A stretch of DNA of 64,000 nucleotides from Picochlorum sp. SENEW3 (Eukaryota). This document shows, piece by piece, positions 60,261 through 64,000 of this stretch; the first letter of the stretch is position 1, and every line of letters starts with the position of its first letter. The stretch covers positions 1,240,001 through 1,304,000 of the forward strand of contig CP120453.1 in assembly GCA_034226945.1 (NCBI GenBank), in the 5' to 3' direction. Below the pieces are notes generated by a model. The model saw only the letters and a list, made by a program, of their open reading frames with translations. It made no database searches and was not told where the DNA came from. The position numbers and the translations under genes are program-made.

Positions 60261-60287
60261 GTGATATCACGTGACATCACGTGACAT
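60261..60287. promoter_or_regulatory. 10-bp-phased array containing two TCACGTGA G-boxes
   Basis: GTGATATCAC GTGACATCAC GTGACAT in the region between divergent TMEM45 and homoserine kinase. Confidence 0.5.
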
Positions 60288-60544
60288 GAGGCCATTGCAG
60301 CCATGTCCATGTTCTGGTTTCTCTGCTTCATCAGCAATGCGTCTCTGTGTCTCATGGCTCCAAGAAAGATTGGGAGGAGATTGGTCTCTTCCTTTTTTTT
60401 TTTTGAAACATGGTGCTCTTCCAGCATGGCACTTGATGATGACTCCTTCATCATCAGGATATGATCTGGACGCTATGCACCCAGATTGAATACTAATTCG
60501 ATAGTATAGTTCATAGGAGGTGGTATTACACCGTCATTGACACG

Positions 60545-61723
60545 ATGCATCAACATGCGTGTGCGAGAAGACCCACTTTTGCTTTGAGACATGGCTGTGG
60601 GGGAAGACAGGCGCATGCATTGCAGCCGATTGGCGTACATTGCCGACAAACAAACCATAATATATCAAAGATAGATGTGTGGGGTATTGAGACGCCATCT
60701 GTCCATGGAAGGCGTGTTGTCTCAATTCAGTCGGCAGAGGGATTAAAATCATACCTGGATCCGATCGAGTCGAGTGTGTCTGCGTTTGGTCCTGCGACTG
60801 TTGCTAATTTAGGACCTGGGTTTGATTGGTTGGGATGTGCGATCGATGGAGAGGGGGACATCGTGACTGCTCGTGTTCTGGAGGAGGCTGCTCCTGGAGA
60901 GGTGGTGATTGAATCCATTGAAGGGGATGGGGGCCGATTGAGTCTTGATGCTGCTCAGAACTGCGCTGGTATTGCTGCTATAGAAACTGTTAAATTGTTT
61001 GCAGCGGTGCCGTCGTGTGGGATTGGGATTACCTTGAAGAAGGGGCTTCCTCTGGGGAGTGGTATGGGGAGCAGTGCTGCATCTGCAGCAGCTGCTGCTG
61101 TGGCTGTGAATGCGTTATTTGGGAATCCGTTGAGTAAAGAAGCGTTGGTTGGGCCTGGTTTGATATCAGAATCTACTGTGAGTGGATTCCATGCGGATAA
61201 TATTGCGCCAGCAGTGCTGGGTGGGTTTGTGTTGGTTCGATCCTGTGATCCGTTGGATTTACAAGCACTCACATATGGTTCTGATGATTTATTCTTTGTC
61301 CTGGTGAATCCTAAATTTGAGGCTCCGACAGCAGAGATGAGAGCTGTGCTGCCAAAGGAGGTGCCCATGGCGAGTGTGGTGAATAACTCGTCCATGGGGG
61401 CCACCCTTGTGGCTGGGATATTGGAGGGACGTGCACCCTTGGTGGGAAGAGCGTTGGACAGCGATTGGATCATTGAGCCAGTCCGAGGCCCGTTGATCCC
61501 TGGTTTTATGGATGTGAAGAAGGCGGCAAAGGAGGCAGGGGCGTTTGGATGTACGATTAGTGGGGCTGGGCCCACAGCTGTTGCTGTTGTGGAGAATGAA
61601 CAGGTTGGACAGCGTGTGATGGAGGCGATGCAAAGAGCATTCAAGTCGTCCGGTAATTTGGAGACAAACTCTGCGAAAATTGTTAAATTAGATCAAATAG
61701 GTGCACGTGTGGTTGCTTTGTAA
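60545..61723 (+). CDS. thrB: Homoserine kinase, plastid
   Basis: PATVANLGPGFD, PLGSGMGSSAAS, HADN, ISGAGPT. Confidence 0.96.
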   Translation: MHQHACARRPTFALRHGCGGRQAHALQPIGVHCRQTNHNISKIDVWGIETPSVHGRRVVSIQSAEGLKSYLDPIESSVSAFGPATVANLGPGFDWLGCAIDGEGDIVTARVLEEAAPGEVVIESIEGDGGRLSLDAAQNCAGIAAIETVKLFAAVPSCGIGITLKKGLPLGSGMGSSAASAAAAAVAVNALFGNPLSKEALVGPGLISESTVSGFHADNIAPAVLGGFVLVRSCDPLDLQALTYGSDDLFFVLVNPKFEAPTAEMRAVLPKEVPMASVVNNSSMGATLVAGILEGRAPLVGRALDSDWIIEPVRGPLIPGFMDVKKAAKEAGAFGCTISGAGPTAVAVVENEQVGQRVMEAMQRAFKSSGNLETNSAKIVKLDQIGARVVAL

Positions 61724-61761
61724 TTTCTCTCCCTCTCTTTGTATATATGCGTCAACATAGA

Positions 61762-63057
61762 TCAAGAAGAAGAAGATGGCAGTATCTTTGTCTTGGCGCG
61801 TTCTCCCCGGATCATGGCATCGACAAAGAATTCTCCCGCCCTATAGGATGACCGAACCATGGGTCCAGATGCGACAAATTTGAACCCAATTTCTTCCTCA
61901 CCAAATTGTCTCCAGTAATCAAATTTCTCCGGATGCACATAGTCGACGATAGGCAGGTGACGAGGGGTTGGTTGGAGATACTGACCCAGTGTGAGAATAT
62001 CCACCCCACAATCTCTCAAATCAACCATGGTGTCGATAATCTCATCATCCGTCTCTCCCAATCCAAGCATAATTGATGATTTCGTGTATACTCCTGGAAT
62101 CTCTTTTGCTGCCCGCAATACCTCCAAGGACTGAACGTATCCAGCTCTTGGATCCCTCACCCGCTTTTGCAGCGACTCGACAGTCTCAATGTTGTGTGCA
62201 AACACATCCAAGCCACTCGATGCTAACAGACGAACGGCATCCAAATCTCCACTGAAATCTGGTGTAAGACATTCTACCAAAAGATCAGGCTTGAGCTCTT
62301 TCAACCCGCGCACCGTCTGAGCAAAGTGATTTGCCCCGCCATCAGGCAAATCATCTCGATCCACCGATGTGAGCACCACATACCCAACACCCCAGTCCGC
62401 AACAGCCTCCGCCGTATTCTTCGGCTCATCTGGATCTAGAGGAGGGGGAGCTTGTGAGGTATTCACCGCACAAAACCGACATCCCCTCGTACACGTGTCA
62501 CCCATGAGCATGATGGTTGCTGTTGCTGTGTGCTCATCAGACCCTCCCCAACACTCTCCAATATTCGGACACTGAGCCTCTTGACACACCGTGGCAAGCT
62601 TCAAATTACCCATTTGCGCTGTTAAATACTCATACTGTTCCCCTTGAGGCGCCTTCTGCCTCAACCAACCAGGCTTGTTCTGCAATGGAAGACTCTCTGC
62701 CGACATGGGACCCAGCATGGCCAAACTACTACTCATCCTGCTTCCTTGCTGTGAAGACGACGACGACGTCGGCGTCGTACTACGAAGGCTAGGATCCTTC
62801 TCAACAGCCATCCGCACCAATTCGGCAAACGCATCGTACTCGTCAGCAGAAACATCGATTGGTACCTCTGCTGCCACCCCTGGACTATCGACACCAGAAG
62901 AAAAACCTTGTCCATCTCCATTCATCGCATTGTATCGATACTTATCAGCAGATCTTGAGTAATTTAAATTCTGTCTAGATACACGCAATAATGGTGAATG
63001 CGCCGTTCGTGAGCGAGCATTCCAACGTGAATTCATGTCACGTTGGAATGACCGCAT
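61762..63057 (-). CDS. lipA: Lipoyl synthase (organellar); start uncertain
   Basis: [23 protein letters not shown] radical-SAM motif, VRSSY. Confidence 0.95.
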   Translation of the reverse strand: MRSFQRDMNSRWNARSRTAHSPLLRVSRQNLNYSRSADKYRYNAMNGDGQGFSSGVDSPGVAAEVPIDVSADEYDAFAELVRMAVEKDPSLRSTTPTSSSSSQQGSRMSSSLAMLGPMSAESLPLQNKPGWLRQKAPQGEQYEYLTAQMGNLKLATVCQEAQCPNIGECWGGSDEHTATATIMLMGDTCTRGCRFCAVNTSQAPPPLDPDEPKNTAEAVADWGVGYVVLTSVDRDDLPDGGANHFAQTVRGLKELKPDLLVECLTPDFSGDLDAVRLLASSGLDVFAHNIETVESLQKRVRDPRAGYVQSLEVLRAAKEIPGVYTKSSIMLGLGETDDEIIDTMVDLRDCGVDILTLGQYLQPTPRHLPIVDYVHPEKFDYWRQFGEEEIGFKFVASGPMVRSSYRAGEFFVDAMIRGERAKTKILPSSSS

Positions 63058-63144
63058 TGTCACCGTGAATTCATGACAAGACATCAGAATATGGCCCATT
63101 TTTATATAGATTAAAAATAATAACACAGTAAATGCATTTGAACC

Positions 63145-64000
63145 ATGTTGCTGCTCTGTCTGACGTTGACATTGTACAATCCTGGATTGGCCCTGGCCAT
63201 GCCCATGGGCATGGCATACTCGATTGACAGCAAACACCACGGTCCAGTGTCATGTGATGATGATATCCATGGATGGCATCTGATATGGAACGATGAGTTT
63301 GATGGTACTCAACTCGATACATCATCGACATGGGCATATGAATTGTATGATTCATGGCAGTATGGGTTTGGTCAATGGGGCAACGATGAGAAGCAGTTTT
63401 ACACACAAGAAAATGTACGAGTGGAGGACGGTGTATTACGGATACTCGCCATGTATGAGCCTAATTCCACTCGTTTACTGGATCTATGCTGGCAGGAGTG
63501 CTTTGAGAGGTGTATCAAGGCCGACAAGGTGGAGGGTACAGCGGATTTTCAAGGCTGTATGGATGGGTGTGGGAATACTGGTGGTCGATGTGCCAACGTC
63601 CAGTCCACTGGGATCAGTTCGGGAAGAATATATGCAAAATATCGAGGCTTTCAGCCTTCTTTTAGACATCCGGTGATACGGATAGAAGCTAAAATACGCA
63701 TGTCACATGCGGGTCTTGGACTTTGGCCAGCATTCTGGATGTTGCCATGGCATGACCAGGTTGGGTCTGTAGGACCAGGGGAGGGTCGATATGGTAGATG
63801 GCCGGCCTCTGGGGAGATTGATGTATTTGAAAGTGCCAACAATGTGTCATTTGTTCATGGATCCCTTCATGATGGGAGGCAGGTGGTGACACATGCCACA
63901 AGGCTCCATCCTCCAGCAACATCATACCATGTGTATGGGATTGAATGGCATAGGATTGGTATGATGCGGTGGTATGTGGATGGGCAGTACTATTACGGGA
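63145..64000 (+). CDS. Secreted GH16 beta-glucanase (laminarinase type), 3' truncated
   Basis: Not in the ORF track because it has no stop in the window. Manual translation: signal peptide [61 protein letters not shown] (catalytic ExDxxE at 63814-63831), [13 protein letters not shown]. Confidence 0.9.
   Translation, partial: MLLLCLTLTLYNPGLALAMPMGMAYSIDSKHHGPVSCDDDIHGWHLIWNDEFDGTQLDTSSTWAYELYDSWQYGFGQWGNDEKQFYTQENVRVEDGVLRILAMYEPNSTRLLDLCWQECFERCIKADKVEGTADFQGCMDGCGNTGGRCANVQSTGISSGRIYAKYRGFQPSFRHPVIRIEAKIRMSHAGLGLWPAFWMLPWHDQVGSVGPGEGRYGRWPASGEIDVFESANNVSFVHGSLHDGRQVVTHATRLHPPATSYHVYGIEWHRIGMMRWYVDGQYYYG

Noticed and set aside
59750..60454. Overlapping minus-strand ORFs of 160, 129 and 65 aa
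   Set aside because: No recognisable motif and no convincing splice model; a small gene cannot be excluded.

Overview
Gene-dense eukaryotic nuclear DNA from a compact green-algal genome. Short GT-AG introns (mostly about 60-95 nt), TGTAA poly(A) signals, plastid/mitochondrial transit peptides and tiny intergenic gaps suggest a Picochlorum-like trebouxiophyte (inference). I can support about 40 protein-coding genes. Most are housekeeping or metabolic: HPAT, RAP-domain protein, mTERF, DGAT2, PP2C, BRWD, TMF/GC5, ATXR4-like, NFU, cyclophilin H, DHFR-TS, SAD, IspH, HSP60, TRAPPC6, ATCase, EMC10, two ELIPs, SufE-BolA, PanB, DES1, TMEM45, homoserine kinase and lipoyl synthase. Several are cell-surface proteins: a multicopper oxidase, an FN3/beta-helix protein, an expansin-like protein, a sulfotransferase and a GH16. 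I saw no rRNA, tRNA, CRISPR array or recognisable transposase. Main leads: (1) an island of orphan genes at 12-20 kb, led by an intronless 1392-aa protein with six copies of an unfamiliar ~98-aa repeat plus helicase-associated (HA)-like domains, and ending in a tandem pair of operator-like inverted repeats; (2) a recurring set of palindromes, mostly AGAT/TCAGA-based, about 130-190 bp upstream of start codons; (3) candidate bicistronic loci, including a RAP+mTERF pair; (4) a multicopper oxidase with Gln as the T1-copper axial ligand; (5) poly(A) signals fused into stop codons at tight convergent junctions. All exon models were derived by eye and need RNA-seq confirmation.
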